Below the pieces are notes generated by a model. That model worked only from the letters and a program-made list of their open reading frames with translations, had not been told where the DNA came from and did no database searches. From positions 31,428,604-31,492,603 of the forward strand of contig NC_052146.1 of NCBI RefSeq assembly GCF_902713615.1: a stretch of DNA of 64,000 bases, read 5' to 3'. Position numbers and translations under genes: made by a program. This DNA comes from Scyliorhinus canicula (taxonomy: Eukaryota). Below, in pieces: positions 23,701-36,572 of the stretch (the stretch's first letter is position 1; each line of letters starts with the position of its first letter).

Positions 23701-23799
23701 CCAGTCTCTCCTCCAGGGAAACCTACACTTGCTAGAATAGCATCTTGAACATAATCAAGATGTGTCCAAAAATAGTCTCTTTCTAAAACACAACGGCAA

Positions 23800-24350
23800 C
23801 AATATTATGCATTTATATGACACATTTAATGCAGTAAACTGTCCCATGGCACTTCACTGGCTGGAATGGACACTGAGCCACACAAGGAAATATTTGTGAG
23901 GGAAATCGATTAAACGTCTGGTCAAAGAAAATGTTTTCCAAAGTGTCGCATAGAAAGAAAGGGAGGTGGGGAGAGAATTCTTTAGAGGCCAGAAGCTGAA
24001 GGCACTGCCACTAATGGTGGTGCAATTAAAATCAGAAATGCTGAAGGGTCTTGCATTGAAGGACTACAGCTCCCTGAAAGGGTCGAAGGATTGGAGGAGC
24101 TTGCAGAGAAAGGCAGGGATTTGAAGACAAGGATGAGAATTTTAGAATTGAAGCTGAACTGTGCTATTTCCTTCCGAGATCACAGGGAGCGCAGGGCTGA
24201 TGGCGGAACAGGACTTGGCACAAGTTGGGATATGGGCAGAAAAGTTTCCGATGACTTCAAATTTTTGGGTGTGGGAGGATGGCCATGAATGCACTGGAAA
24301 AGTCAAGTCTAGAGGTACTAAAGGCATGGATGAGGGTTTTGGCAGCAAAT
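23800..24350 (-). mobile_element. Old L2-type LINE 3' fragment
   Basis: Reverse complement of the GTG..ATATAAATGCA 3' terminus also seen at 48870-48895. Confidence 0.55.
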
Positions 24351-24369
24351 GAGCACAGGATCAGTGTGA

Positions 24370-25372
24370 GCTTGGCTCAGCATTCAAGTTTGACTCCAGC
24401 ACTTAAATCCACAATCAAGGCTGACTCTTCAGGGCAGTACTGAAGAATGTTGTATTGTCACAGTGCAGTCTTTATTAAACTGAAGCCCTGTCCACATCTC
24501 CTGGTGGTTCCAGAGAGTATGAATGATATGGGGCGGGATTGTCCGGTCTCCGATGCCGAAACTGCATTCGCCGATCAGCCAGAAAATCCCTGATGGTGCT
24601 GCAATCGGGAGCGGCGCTGTTTTTGCAATACTCTGCCCCCTCCAAAACAGCGTACTCTAAGAGTATGCTGCGCGCCATATGGACGGCCTCAGGACGTTAT
24701 CTGAGGCCCTCCCCCAATGCTCCGCCCCCGATGGGCCAAGTTCTCGACGGCGTGGGTCACTCATGGTATTTTCTTTCGGGAACCCGGCGTGGCTGCTGGG
24801 AACTGAGTCCACCACCACCACAGTCGGCGGGGAGGCGGCCAATCGTCGGGCAGTGAGGGCTTTGGTGGTGGCTGGGGGCATGGAGGGGGGTAGTCCAGTG
24901 GTGGTGAGCCTGGCCAAAGCGTGGCACTATTTAGCAGGCTGGGTCCGCGCGAGGACGCCGCCGTACGCATGCGTGGCCACAGACCCGGCAATCATTCGAA
25001 CGTATCCGCAGCTAGAGCCGGGGGCTTTACGTTGTGTGCCTGTTAGCCCCCCACCAGACCGAGGATCGTTGGAGGTTTTGCCGCTGTTTTTTCGGGCGAA
25101 AAACGCCACTGTTCCCACGCCATGTCAGCAGTCTCAAAATCGGAGAATCCAGCCCATGGTGACTCTTTTCGAAGGAACTCACTGAAAATATCCTGATGTT
25201 TTGATCAACATTCCTATCTAAACTAACACCAGCAAAAACAAATTAACTGATGATTCTGTTTATGAGATCTTGCTGGAAGTTAAGTGGGTGCTGTGTTTGC
25301 ATTTCAGAGTAGCGCATTGTACACAAAGAGCACTGAGGTGTTTTGGCGATGCAGTACAAGCGTGTTTTTCTC
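24370..25372 (+). mobile_element. Ancient Deu-domain-like (SacSINE1/AmnSINE-type) SINE interrupted by a MITE
   Basis: AGGCTGAC.C.TCAG.GCAGTACTGA.G head region, TCCTG.TGT..TG..CAACATT core, L2-like tail; highly diverged. Confidence 0.45.
24531..25155. mobile_element. PIF/Harbinger-like MITE
   Basis: TIR GGGCGGGATTGTCCG / CGGAGAATCCAGCCC, 3-bp TSD ATG. Confidence 0.85.
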
Positions 25373-27388
25373 TTACACTTGAGGTCTCATCAGCTGAGAT
25401 TCGATTCGATGTTTTCTAAATATTGATAGTGTTGTGAAATACTGCAGTGGTTCTCCTTTCTCTTGTCAGTCCTTCTATGGGAAGTGAACTGAGTGCCAGT
25501 GCCGAGTTCACTAATGGCTGGCCAGACTGCTGTGCCTAGCAGGCACTGGCTGCTCAATGTAGGCCACATTCTTCAGCAGCATACTGTTTCCGTTTTTACT
25601 TGGGTTTCATGCTGACTTTGAGCAGCAAAGAAAACAGTCTGTAATGCCATCCAGGCAGTGCTGGCGTATTTATTTCACCTGGTTGAAGCCTTGTGGTAAT
25701 TCCCTCACGGAAAGTGAATCCAGACCAGACTAGGCCAGGAGTTGTGACATAAATATGTTTCAGATTATACAATAAAGTGGTATTAAAACACAGACCCTCC
25801 TGTCTTGCTCCATAAACACTTCAATAACACATTTCTCTGCATATTCTGCCCTCCCCCTCCACTCAGGCAGATCCATGTGCACAATAGCAGCTACTGAATC
25901 ACAGTCAAAATAAAAGGAATGTTTTGTTAACATTGCACAGCATTATAATCTCAGTGCTCCAAACTCTCCTTGTGCCTCAGAATTGTCTACTGCAGCACTT
26001 AGCAAGGAAGAGCTTACAGTTGATCCCTGGTCTGTGTTATGTTAGCTAATCTTAGTTGGACACTACAATGTGAACATTATAATTCACACAACAGACCAGA
26101 ATTTTTGCGAGTGCTGCACTTGTCTTAACAACGGATAGTTAGCGGAAGCTTAAGTATAAGTTATGTCAAAGATAAACTGAGTTTTCGCGACCTTTAACAC
26201 TGGTTTAAAGATAGTATTGCCCAAATGCAGTCCTGCAGACAAATCTGTCCATACGGCAGACAATGAACATGGCTAGTTTCCACTAATCGTGCCTCTCTGC
26301 AGCTGTCCAGGAGGCTCTTCAAATTGAACTAATTTTCTTAGCCTCACAGGCATTAATAGGCATGTTTTAAAAGGATTTACTTACTAAAAAATGATTAATA
26401 ACAAAATAAAAAGCTGACCAATGAAACTAATAAATGGTTCAGCCTAATTCCTTCTGAGCCAGTTTCAGTGATTTAAAATGAGGCTATTCACAGCTGGTTG
26501 CCGAGATACTCAGATTAGAAATGCTTATCTTTTGTGGTAAACCCATTATCAAATCTATTAATAAACCTGTATCAGGTTACCGATTTAAAATATATCAACA
26601 AATTTGTTCAGTGCAAAATAAAATGAACGATTGCGTTCTATGATGTTGGCTTCAGGATCTTATGTTTGTGATTATGCAAATTAATTTTGGCGGAAAATTG
26701 AACTCAAACCAAACCAGTGCAATTTCAAGCGCAATTTGTGCCCAATTTCCCAATTGCTCCTCTGAGTAGCTCCAACGAGGGTGCCAATCCTGATCTCTCC
26801 ATTTCTTCTGTTGCAAAATACATGTGTCTGGCTGTCATCAGTGCAGACGCAGTCAGTAGATTCTCTTATACCTGTGCGGTACAACAGCCAATTAACAGAC
26901 ACTGTCTGGGTTCATGCACAAAAATACTTTGACATTGTATTGGTCAGTGGTAAAACTATCAGCCAGGAAAGTGCCAACATCCTTCGGAAGGGAGAAGGGG
27001 AGAAAACATTAAAGACAAAGGAGGAACATGTCTCAGTTTGAGATTACCCGAAAGAATGTTGAAGGCTTTCCCTCTCAAGGCAGTTTTGTATCTCCCAAAT
27101 CCTGGAGAGCATCTGAGCTCTGTCGCCTCCTTGACTCAAGCTAGCCTCCAAGATGTCTGTGCTCCCTCAATACTGGCCTTTGGGGCATCCTGATTTTTAA
27201 TTGCTCCACCACTGGTGGTCATGCCTTCAGCTTCAAAGGTCCTTTGCTCTGAAATTCCCTTTCCAAATTTCATTGTCTCTCTTCCTCTCTTTTCTCCTTT
27301 AAGATGCTCCTTATACCTACCCCTTTCAGAAAGCCTTTATTTGCCTGCTCTAATTTTTCCCTCTGTGCCTTGGTGCCAAATTTGTTTT

Positions 27389-27709
27389 GGGACGGTGGCA
27401 CAGTGGTTAGCACTACTGCCTCACAGCTCCAATGACCCGGGTTCAATTCCGGCCTCAGATGACTGTCTGTGTGGAGTTTACACTTCCTCCCCATGTCTAC
27501 GTGGCTTTCCTCCACGTGCTCCAGTTTCTTCCCACCGTCCAAAGACGTGCAGGTTAGGTGGGTTGGCCATACTAAATTGCCCCTTAATGTCAAACGGTTA
27601 GGTGGGGTTATTGGGTTACAGGGATAGGGTGGAGGCGTGGGCTTAAGTAGGGTGCTCTTTCCAAGGGGCGGTGCAGACTCGATGGGCCAAATGGCCTCCT
27701 TCTGCACTG
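27389..27709 (+). mobile_element. HE1/V-SINE-type SINE inserted in an old L2 3' fragment (about 27060-27790)
   Basis: Head, core and tail GATGGGCCAAATGGCCTCCTTCTGCACTG. Confidence 0.85.
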
Positions 27710-28199
27710 CAAATATAAAAAATAGTGCTCTAGTGAAACACCTTGCAGTAAGATCATGAAAGATGCTCTATAAATACTCGTTATTGTTGTGCCAAGTATG
27801 TTGGACTTTTCAACAACACCTAACACCTCTGTCTGGATCCAATTCCACCTGTTTGACGTCTATAAATACAACAAAGAAATACTGAAGCAAACTGTGGCGG
27901 TCATTGCAGCATAAAAATAGTATTTTTGAAACAGGTGGCAAAATAAAAATGTGCAAAATACATGATGGCTAAGAATTGGGTGGAGACAAGCCAACAGACA
28001 ATCTTTGGCTTTGAGCTTCTTGGATGTTGATTTTGAACTATCTATTGAATGTAGGTTTTTTAAAAATTCATTTTTACGGGTTTTGGGCTTCGCTGCCGAG
28101 GCCAGCTTTTATTACCCATCCCTAATTGCCTTTGAGAAGGTGATAGTGAGTTGCCTTCTTGAACCACTGCAGTCCACGTTGTGTACATACACCCACAGT

Positions 28200-28543
28200 T
28201 CATAGATTCATAGAATTTACAGTGCAAAAGGAGGCCATTGGGCCCATCGGATCTGCACCAGTCCTTGGAAAGAGCAACCCACTTAAGTCCACACTTCCAA
28301 CCTATCCCGGTAACCCAGTAATCCCACCCAACCTTTTTGGACACTGAGGCAATTTACCATGGCCAATTCACCTAACCTTCACATCGTTGGACTGTGGGAG
28401 GGTACCGGAGCACCCGGAGCAAACCCACACAGACACGGGGTGAACGTGCAGACTCTGCAGAGGCAGTGACCCAAGCCAGGAATCGAACCTGGGACCCTGG
28501 AGCTGTGAAGCAACTATGCTAACCACTATGCTACCGTGCTGCC
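28200..28543 (-). mobile_element. HE1/V-SINE-type SINE, full length
   Basis: Head GGGCAGCACGGTAGC, core, (TCTATGAA)n tail; CCCACAGT on both flanks. Confidence 0.9.
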
Positions 28544-29097
28544 CACAGTGCTGTTCAGGAGAGAGTTCCAGGATTTTGACATCATTGACAGTGAATGAAC
28601 GGCGATGTATTTCCAAGTCAGAGTGGTGAGTAACTTGGACGGGGACTTCCAGGTGATGGTTTTCCAAGGTATTTTCTGCCCTTGACCTTCTAGGTGGGAG
28701 TGGTCATGGGTTTGGAAAGTGCTGCTTCAGGAGCCTAGATGAGTTCCTGCAATGTATCTTCTAGATGGTACACACTGCTGCTACTGTGCATCGGTAGTGG
28801 AGGGAGTGAATGAATGTGGAAGGGGTGCCAATCAAGCGGAATGCTTTGTCCTGGATGGAGTTAAGCTTCTTGAGTGTTGTTGGAGCTGCACTTGTCCAGG
28901 CAGGCGGGGAGTATTCCATCACACTCCTGACTTGTTCCTTGTAGGTGGTTGACAGGCTTTGGAGGTCAGGAGTGAGTTATTTGTCGCAGGATTCCTAGCC
29001 TCTGGCCTGCTCTTGTAGCCTCAGCCTTTATATGGCTAGTCCAGTTCAGTTTCTGATCAATGGTAACCCCCAGAATGTTGATTGTGGGGGATTCAGC

Positions 29098-29463
29098 CAG
29101 CGCCGGCCCTAGGGTTGCTGGCGCCCCGGGCAAGCTGAACTTCGGCGCCCTTGGGGGGGGCGGGGCCAAGGGGGGGCGGGGCGGGGCCGAGGGGCGGGGG
29201 GCGGGGCTGGGGGGCGGGGGGGGGGCCGGGGGGCGGGGACCCGAGGGGGGGGCGGGGGGCGGACACGAGGGGGGGCGGGGGGAGCGGACACGAGGGGGGG
29301 AGCGGACCGAGCGGGGGGGCCGCCCTGGGGGAGGGCGGCCACCGCGCATGCGCTGGTTGGCACCTGCCCAACTGCGCATGCACGGGACCCGAGTCTCTGG
29401 CGCCCCCTAGCACATGGCGCCCCGGGCGACTGCCTGAGTTGCCGGTGCCTTGAGCCGGCCCTG
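29098..29463. mobile_element. Non-autonomous hAT (Tip100-like) element
   Basis: TIR CAGCGCCGGC / GCCGGCCCTG, perfect 8-bp TSD GATTCAGC (29090-29097, 29464-29471). Confidence 0.92.
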
Positions 29464-30649
29464 GATTCAGCGATGATGATGCCATTGAATGTCAAGGGTC
29501 GATGGTTTGATTCTCTCTTGTTGGATATGGTCTTTGCCTGGCACTTGTGTGGTACAAATGTCACTTGACACTTGTCAGCCCAAGCCTGGAAAGTCTTGCT
29601 GCATTTGTATGTAGAATGCTTCAGTGGTCTGAGTCGCAAAGGTGCTGAACATTTCATCAGTGAAGATCCCCACATCTGACCTTATGATGGAAGGAAGGTC
29701 ATTGATGAAGAAGCTGACGATGGTTGGGCCGAAGACACTACCCTGAGGAACTCCTGTAGTGATGTCCTGAGACTGAGATGGTGACTGACCTCCAGCCACC
29801 ACAACCATCTTCCTTTGTACTCGGTATGACTCAAACCAGTTCAGAGTTTTCCCCTTATTCTCATTGACTCCAGTTTTGCTGGGGCTCCTTGATGCCACAC
29901 TTCATTAAATGCTGCCTTGCTGTCAAGGACAGTCACTCTCGCCTCACCTCTGGAGTTCAGCTTTTTTGCCCATGTTTGAACCAAGGCTGTAATGTGGACA
30001 GGAGTTGAATGACCCTGGCGGAACCCTAACTGAGTGTCAATGAGGGGGATATTACTAAAGTAAGTGCTGCTTGATAGCACTGTTGATGAATCCTTCCATC
30101 ACTTCACTGATGATTGAGATTAGACTGATAGGGTGGTAATTGGCTGTGTTGGATTTGTCCTGTTTCTTATGTACAGGACATACCAGGGCAATTTTCCACA
30201 TTGCTGGGTAAACACCAGTGTTGTAGTTGTACTGGAACAGCTTGGCTATGGGCGTCGCAAGTTCTGGAGCTCATGTCCTCAGTACTATTGTTGGAATATT
30301 GTCAGGGCCCATAGCCTTTGCAGTATCCAATTCCTTTGGCCGTTTTTTGATATCATGTGGAGTGAATCGAAGGGGCTGAAGACTGGCATCGGTGATGCTG
30401 GGGACCTCTCGAGGTGACCAAGATGGATCATCCACTCAGCATTTCTGGCTGAGGATTATAGCAGCAAAGTGTTAGGCTTATTAAAACACAAGCCTTGATA
30501 AGTAGAAGTACTCCTCGTACCATGACACTGCGGTTCATAGGGAAATAATGTAACTGCTTTGTGGGTAATGAGGGTAATTTGTTCTCTCCTCTATTTTGAA
30601 AGGATTTTGTTCACTTTGCAGTTCCAGGTAAGGTGACTACAGTGAGCTA

Positions 30650-31600
30650 CTATAGGTAGAGCGAAAAACTTTGACTCACTGAATATAGAATGCCTCTGGT
30701 TCCTGTTATAATTTCCATAGATCTATCCCAAAATGACATCATTAATCAGACAGCTTTATGTTAACACAAGTAGCTAGGTCACACTGACAGAGAGCTTTCT
30801 AAGGCTTTTGAGTTTAATAATGGAGTATGGCAGGGCTGTGTTCTCACCTCCACCCTTAATCTTAAATCATGAATTCAACAATTGTATAACGCGGATGTGG
30901 AACCAGGTGAGTGATAGTTGAATGTGTGCATATCTAGATTTGACTCACAATACAGTGGTAATGGCTCAAGCTGCGGACACCCTCACGGAAGTCCTACAGA
31001 TTTGTCGACCAAGAGCTTCAGGTCAGCTGGCATAAGACAAAAATGCACTCACGTGAACCTAGTATTAAAGTCAGTGGCACTGACAAGAATTATTTTCTTA
31101 GGATCATGATCCCTTCCAACGAGAGCTTTTATCTGGACTTGCATGAATACATTAAGATAAATAACCCACATATGGGCAAAGTTTACAGCCCCATTGTGGC
31201 AGGGGTGGGACCTGAAAATGCGACGAGACGTTAAGAAGTCCATTGATTTCGGCAGGGCCATATAATCCCACCTGCGGAAGGGACGATCAAATTCCTGTCA
31301 TGGAAATCAGAGATAAATCGCAATCTTGGAGTTTGACTTGGCGAATTCTATGGCGATAACAGAACATCTGCAGAATCTGTTCATTAATGCCGTGCTCCTT
31401 CTCTATAAGAGGGTCATTATCGACCTCAACACAGGACGTGGACAATGATATGCAAACAGAACTTTTACTATGATTGTGTGGAAAGTGCTTCCATCTGCTA
31501 ATCTGGTGACAAATGTTCAATTTATATTTTATATTTTCAGCAACTGCAGCCTCACTCTAGCCTTACTAATTCTACCTCTGTTGTTGTAAGATGAATCCAT
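30650..31600 (+). mobile_element. Ancient RTE-clade LINE RT fragment
   Basis: Manual translation across frameshifts: KNFDSLNIECLWFLL, KMTSLIRQLY, ELSKAFEFNNGVWQGCVLTSTL, LQVSWHKTK. Confidence 0.65.
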
Positions 31601-32222
31601 TCAGGGGTTGACGAAAGAGTTAATCTTCCTCCTGGCTTTGTGGGAGACTACAGAAAAAGCAGACAAAACGAGACAAATGAACAGGAAGGGGAGAATGTGA
31701 ATCAAAATGAGAAAAAAGGGAGGCATGACTCCAGGGTGAAAAGACAAGGATAAATTAATGGAAAGGTGAAAGTTACTCAAAGAGATGGGACAGGAAACAG
31801 CGAGTTCAAAAAAGGTCGGCATTTCTTTGCAGAGAAATCCATATGTGTGAGGTAAAACCTTATATTGATGGCTTAGACTCTGACTTCGTAACTGCCATGG
31901 AACACAAGACTGTTTGCAGTTGAGGTTTACATGCATGAGAGGAACAAAAGGTAACAAAAAAAGAAGGGTAAGGGCTAGAGGGACAAAATGCTAAGAGGAA
32001 GGTACAATACAGGCATAGAGGTGATTAGAAAGAGACAGAGGTGTTAAGAGAAATGAGTGCATCACAGATGGTAGCAAAGAGGAAGGTAAAAGTAAGAAAA
32101 GTGGTGAAGGAACAGGGGAAAGCGACATCCAAGAATACTAAACATCGAAGGTCAAAAGTTTAATAGGAATGCATCAGTAAAATAATTCCTTTGTGTCAGG
32201 CTCATAGATGGAAGATGAACAA

Positions 32223-32356
32223 GGGCAGCATGGCAGCACAGTGGTTAGCACTGTTGTTCCACAGCTCCAAGGTCCCGGGTTCGATTCCCGGCTTGGTCTG
32301 TGCGGAGTCTATATGTTCTCCCCGTGTCTGTGTGGGTTTCCTCCGGGTGCTTCGGT
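32223..32356 (+). mobile_element. 5' part of a V-SINE-type SINE
   Basis: tRNA head with GGTTCGATTCCC, followed by the core. Confidence 0.8.
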
Positions 32357-33351
32357 CGGGTCCCACCCACCACCATCCTATCCTTATTTCACTTTTCCAC
32401 ATTAAGCGACATCTACTGCTTCATTTCCCATTCTGCCAACTTGCCTGTGTCCTCCTGAAATCTTCCACTGTGCCTCCTGTTGTTCGTCAAGCTCCATACT
32501 TTCATCATCAAGAATTATCAATATCTCTCTCCCTATAACCTAGTTCAATATATATCTGCATATTTGTGTGTATGTGTGTTTGTGGATTCCTGTTACATCT
32601 TCAAATGTGACTTTCCTTCTTCTTTTCCGTGTTGGCTCTTTATGATTATCCATGTTGGCTATTTCTGATGATCTCAGGGATCTGTAAATCCCACTAATTT
32701 GATCTCAAATAATGTGTCCCAAATTTTTACCTGCACATGATGTTAAATTTAGTGGCGTGTCCGTCTTGCCCTTCTTGAATTGGAGTGTTACACTGTCTAT
32801 CTCTGACACCAATAGCACAATTCCAAACTCTGAGCAGCTGTGCCTGATGGTTGTCAGAATTCCTGCCCTTTCCTCTCTGATTTACTTCAGCAGCCTATGA
32901 TGTATCTTATCAGGACTATCCAAATTCTCTTCTGCCAGTAGCCCTCGTGTTTTTCTTCAATATTATTATACCTTGTTCCACCGTGCACTTCAATTTATTT
33001 TTATTGGATCTGTTGAACCATGAATTCAATACATTTTGCAGTACACCATGTTACCTTTTTGGAATTATATTTATTTTGAATGCAATCCACTTCATAGTTG
33101 AAGATTTCCTCCTGCTGGTCCACATACAGTTTGCACCACATTTTTTCTTATCTCATTGAACTTTGTCTTATTTTTCAAATTCAGCAGTATTATCTTTGAT
33201 TCTACAGTATCCTCTCCTATTTTGTTATGGAGCTTAACCATTTACCCTTATGTCAATTATTTGAACCATTTCATTACCCAGAACTGTACTTCCTTATTCT
33301 TTCATGGACATGGGCATCACGGGCAAGGTCAGAATTTGTTGTGATCCCTAA

Positions 33352-33427
33352 TTTTAGATTTAGCTTGATTGTCACATTTACCGATGTGCAGTGAAAAGTA
33401 TTGTTCTGCACACAGTCCACCAAACAG
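33352..33427 (-). mobile_element. Rex1/Babar LINE 3' terminus
   Basis: Reverse complement ACAATACTTTTCACTGCA...ATGTGACAAT matches the 1278-1338 terminus. Confidence 0.7.
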
Positions 33428-33428
33428 A

Positions 33429-36314
33429 GGGTAAAATTCTCCGTTTGGGAGACTATCAGCAGATTCTCCATTTGGGAGACAATGGGTGCGACCCAATGGC
33501 CATGCAGTGCCCGAAAAGCAGCTCGCCACGGCACAGCGTGACTGATAAAAAACGAGAGAACCCGCTCCCGGGATCTACCCAGCTCACAATGCCATCTCGC
33601 AAGATGTTGCGATGTAAATCCCTCCCACAACACCTTTTGGCAAATCTGCATATTAGAGCGAGACAGCTAATCTCATTCTAATGTGCAGACTCCCGAGGTA
33701 CCTGCGACTTTGGGATTCATCTCCGTTGGCCTCGGGGACCTTAGGCAAGCTATGCTCAGTTTGCATCTTCACAAATGGGGAACAGATAGAACAACACTTG
33801 TGTGGATCTCCCAGGGGATTGAAGACCCCCATCTGCATGCCCTTTGGGTAAGGTGGTGCCCTGGCACTGCTGGTACCACCTGGCTACCCTGACAGTCCCA
33901 ACCTGGCACCCTGGCAGTGCCAAGGTGCCCAAGTGGTGCTGCCAGGGGCACTGTCAGGGGGCCAGGTTTGCACTGCCAAGCTGGCATTTTTTGTGCACAC
34001 ATGATCATGCCGGGGTGCCCTGTGTGGGGTTTGGAGAGAGCTGTGGGGTTTCATAGATCATAGAATTTATAGAATTTACAGTGCAGGTTGCTGGGGACCA
34101 TCCCATAGTGCGTTTGGATTGGCGGGGGGTGGGAGGTTGGGAGTTGGTTTGGGGGTCTCAGAGAGCAGGAAGGCATTTAAAAATGGCGTCCCAATCTCTC
34201 GCTACACTGGAGAGTGCTGACGAGCAGAGTTCCCCAGTGTCGAAAAAGGGCTATGTGCAGCCGAAGACACACGTTCCCCACTGAGACGGCTTATACAATG
34301 TGGCTTGCGTTATATAGCCATGTGTCCTCGGCACTGCGAGTGCCGAGAAAGAAGTGCTAATTGCGCTCGCTATGAACTTTGTTCCCAATTAGTTGAATCC
34401 TATGTTCTCCCGCCAAAGCTGAATTCCAACCAGTTTATGAGTCCCCTGAGAGTGCAAACCAGTAACCAATTTAGTGTTCCACATAATGCAAATTTTTGAT
34501 TTGGGATTCAAAGGGAATCCTGCTGCCATGTTCACCTCTAGCAATCCTGCTGCCATGTTCACCTCTGGCCCAATAGCAAGGTCCTGCTACACCATCCCCA
34601 CCCAGAGAGACCCCTGGAGTAGGGAGACCCCCCCCTCACCCCCGGAGGGACCTCTGGAGTAGGGAGACCCACCCACAGGGACCCCTGTAATAAGGAGACT
34701 CCCCCAGAGACCCCTGTAAAAAGGGGATCCCCAGAGGAACCTATGCAGTTGAGAGCCCTCCACCGTGACCCCCACTCCCATACCGACTTCCCCCCAGAAT
34801 AGAGATCCCTGTCTGTAAGCTAGAGAGCAGTCCAGACAGGGGCACAGAGAAGAATTACAACTGTAACACTGACCTTGCAGCTCCAAGTGTCCATTCCATT
34901 CCTCTGACTTGCATCTGGTTCCCACAGATCTATTAGCTGCAAGCCATTCATAGCTTTCTATTTAAAAAAAATATATTTTAGAATAAATTTAGAGTACCCA
35001 ATTCTTTTTTTTCCAATTAAAGGGCAATTTAGCGTGATCAATCCACCCACCCTGTTCATCTCTTTGGGTTGTGGGGTTGCGACCCACGCAGACATGGAGA
35101 ATGTGCAAACTCCACATGGACAGTGACCTGGGGCTGGGATCGGACACTGTTTCTTGGCGCCGTGAGGCAACAGTGCTAACCACTGCGCCACTGTGCCAAT
35201 TCATAGCTTGCTGCAGCCTGTGATTGACAGCTTCTACAAACTATCCACAGCTTTGAGTGATTCATCTCCCTTCATGGTTCCATGGCCTAAGTAGTGAAGC
35301 TCCAATGTTTGTAAGCATTGACCACATCAAAGAGAGGTAAGTGTCAATTTCTAGCTGACCACTTCAGAATCACTCAAGCCTGAAGGGAGATGATTGGAAA
35401 GCACTTAATTCTGTTTGAAGTGAGCCAGGACCTGTCCATCAAAGATTGATGTTTCTAAAGCATTGCGGTTGGGCCATTTCAGAGTTACTCAACCCTGAAG
35501 GAAGATCAATGGAGCAAAGCTGACAGCTGTGTGTGAGTGGAACTGTCAATCACAGCCTAATAAAGGAATTACATGAATGACTTGCAGCTCAAGGATCTGA
35601 GAGGTTTAAACACAGCTGACTGGTTTCTCTTTCCAGGAATTGACACGTTGTGCTTCCAATGTCTGAGCCCAAAGGTGTATTGCCCAGGTGAATGTTAAAA
35701 TAGGAATTTTTTTCACTGCCTCTTTCTGGACTGCCTCTTTGGCCTCCAAATCAAGTCTATTTTCTGGGGGTGGCTTCCTGACAGGGGTCACTTTTCTGGG
35801 GGATCTGTGGGAGTCTCCTTATTTATGGGGTTCTCTTTATTTAGGGATCTCTGGGGGTCTCTTTATTTAGGGGGTCCCTGGCCTGTCCCATTGTTTAGGG
35901 GGTCTCTGGGGGGTGGTGGGGGGTCTGGTGGGGTGGACTGGTTTTGCATTGTGGGGGGGGTAGCATGGCATTCGGGTGTATTTTGGGGTCAACTCCTTAA
36001 GGAGTTTCCCCCATGGCCCAGTGCGAGATCCACCACTTCAGGGCTACGCTTGTCTGTACCCTTAGTAATTCTCACTCGGAGGACCCGGGAATTACACGGG
36101 CCGGAGAACATGGTGCCTGACCCGCTAAGTGAATGTAAATGGGTCATTAAGCCCCATTTCTATCCTCCTGCTGGCACACGGGTGCAAACCATGATCCTGA
36201 TGCTAGTGGAAGGCTGGAGCATTGGAACCGGATAGCGCCGATCCCGTTTGCTCCGGGATTCCCCACCTCAGCAGGAACTCTGCTACCAATGGCACATGGC
36301 GGAGAATTCAGCCC
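33429..36314. mobile_element. Composite or nested Harbinger-like non-autonomous elements with an internal fold-back
   Basis: Outer ends GGGTAAAATTCTCC / GGAGAATTCAGCCC (flanks AGA/AGT); internal inverted arms about 34590-35285 versus 35490-35960; internal boundaries uncertain. Confidence 0.5.
34960..35197 (-). mobile_element. Short poly(A)-tail V-SINE-type SINE
   Basis: 11-bp TSD ATTCATAGCTT (34946-34956, 35199-35209). Confidence 0.88.
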
Positions 36315-36334
36315 AGTTAAGTGCCAATAACATT

Positions 36335-36572
36335 ATTGTAATCTGGAATCACATCGACATTAGACCAGGTAAGGATAGAAAATTCCCTTCTCTGAAGTAC
36401 ATCAATGAAGCAGATCGGTTTTTACAACAATCGATGGTAGTTTTATGCTTGCAATGACGGAGAGGAGCTGTCACTTCCTGCTGTGGGAATTTGACCCCAT
36501 GGACATGGAGAACATATTGAGCCTCTGGATTACTGATCCAGTCACATTACCTCGAACCCACCATCTCCCCAA
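36335..36572 (-). mobile_element. Fragment of the old SINE family of 39126-39527
   Basis: B-box-like GGTCAAATTCC; shared GGAAATTTCTATCCTTACCTGGTCT-like body. Confidence 0.55.

Larger units (their letters stand above)
28057..30460 (-). mobile_element. Older CR1/L2-group LINE (RT plus 3'UTR), degenerate, with a nested SINE and hAT element
   Basis: LGFRQGHST...LDSKAAFNEVWH (29841-30080), GVPQGSVFGP (29575-29898), ILGVTIDQKLNW..HI (28966-); 3' end GGCAATTAGGGATGGG..AAAAGCTGGCC. Confidence 0.85.

Noticed and set aside
28966-29675. Proline- and glycine-rich ORFs
   Set aside because: They are translations of the G-rich hAT insert and the flanking LINE.
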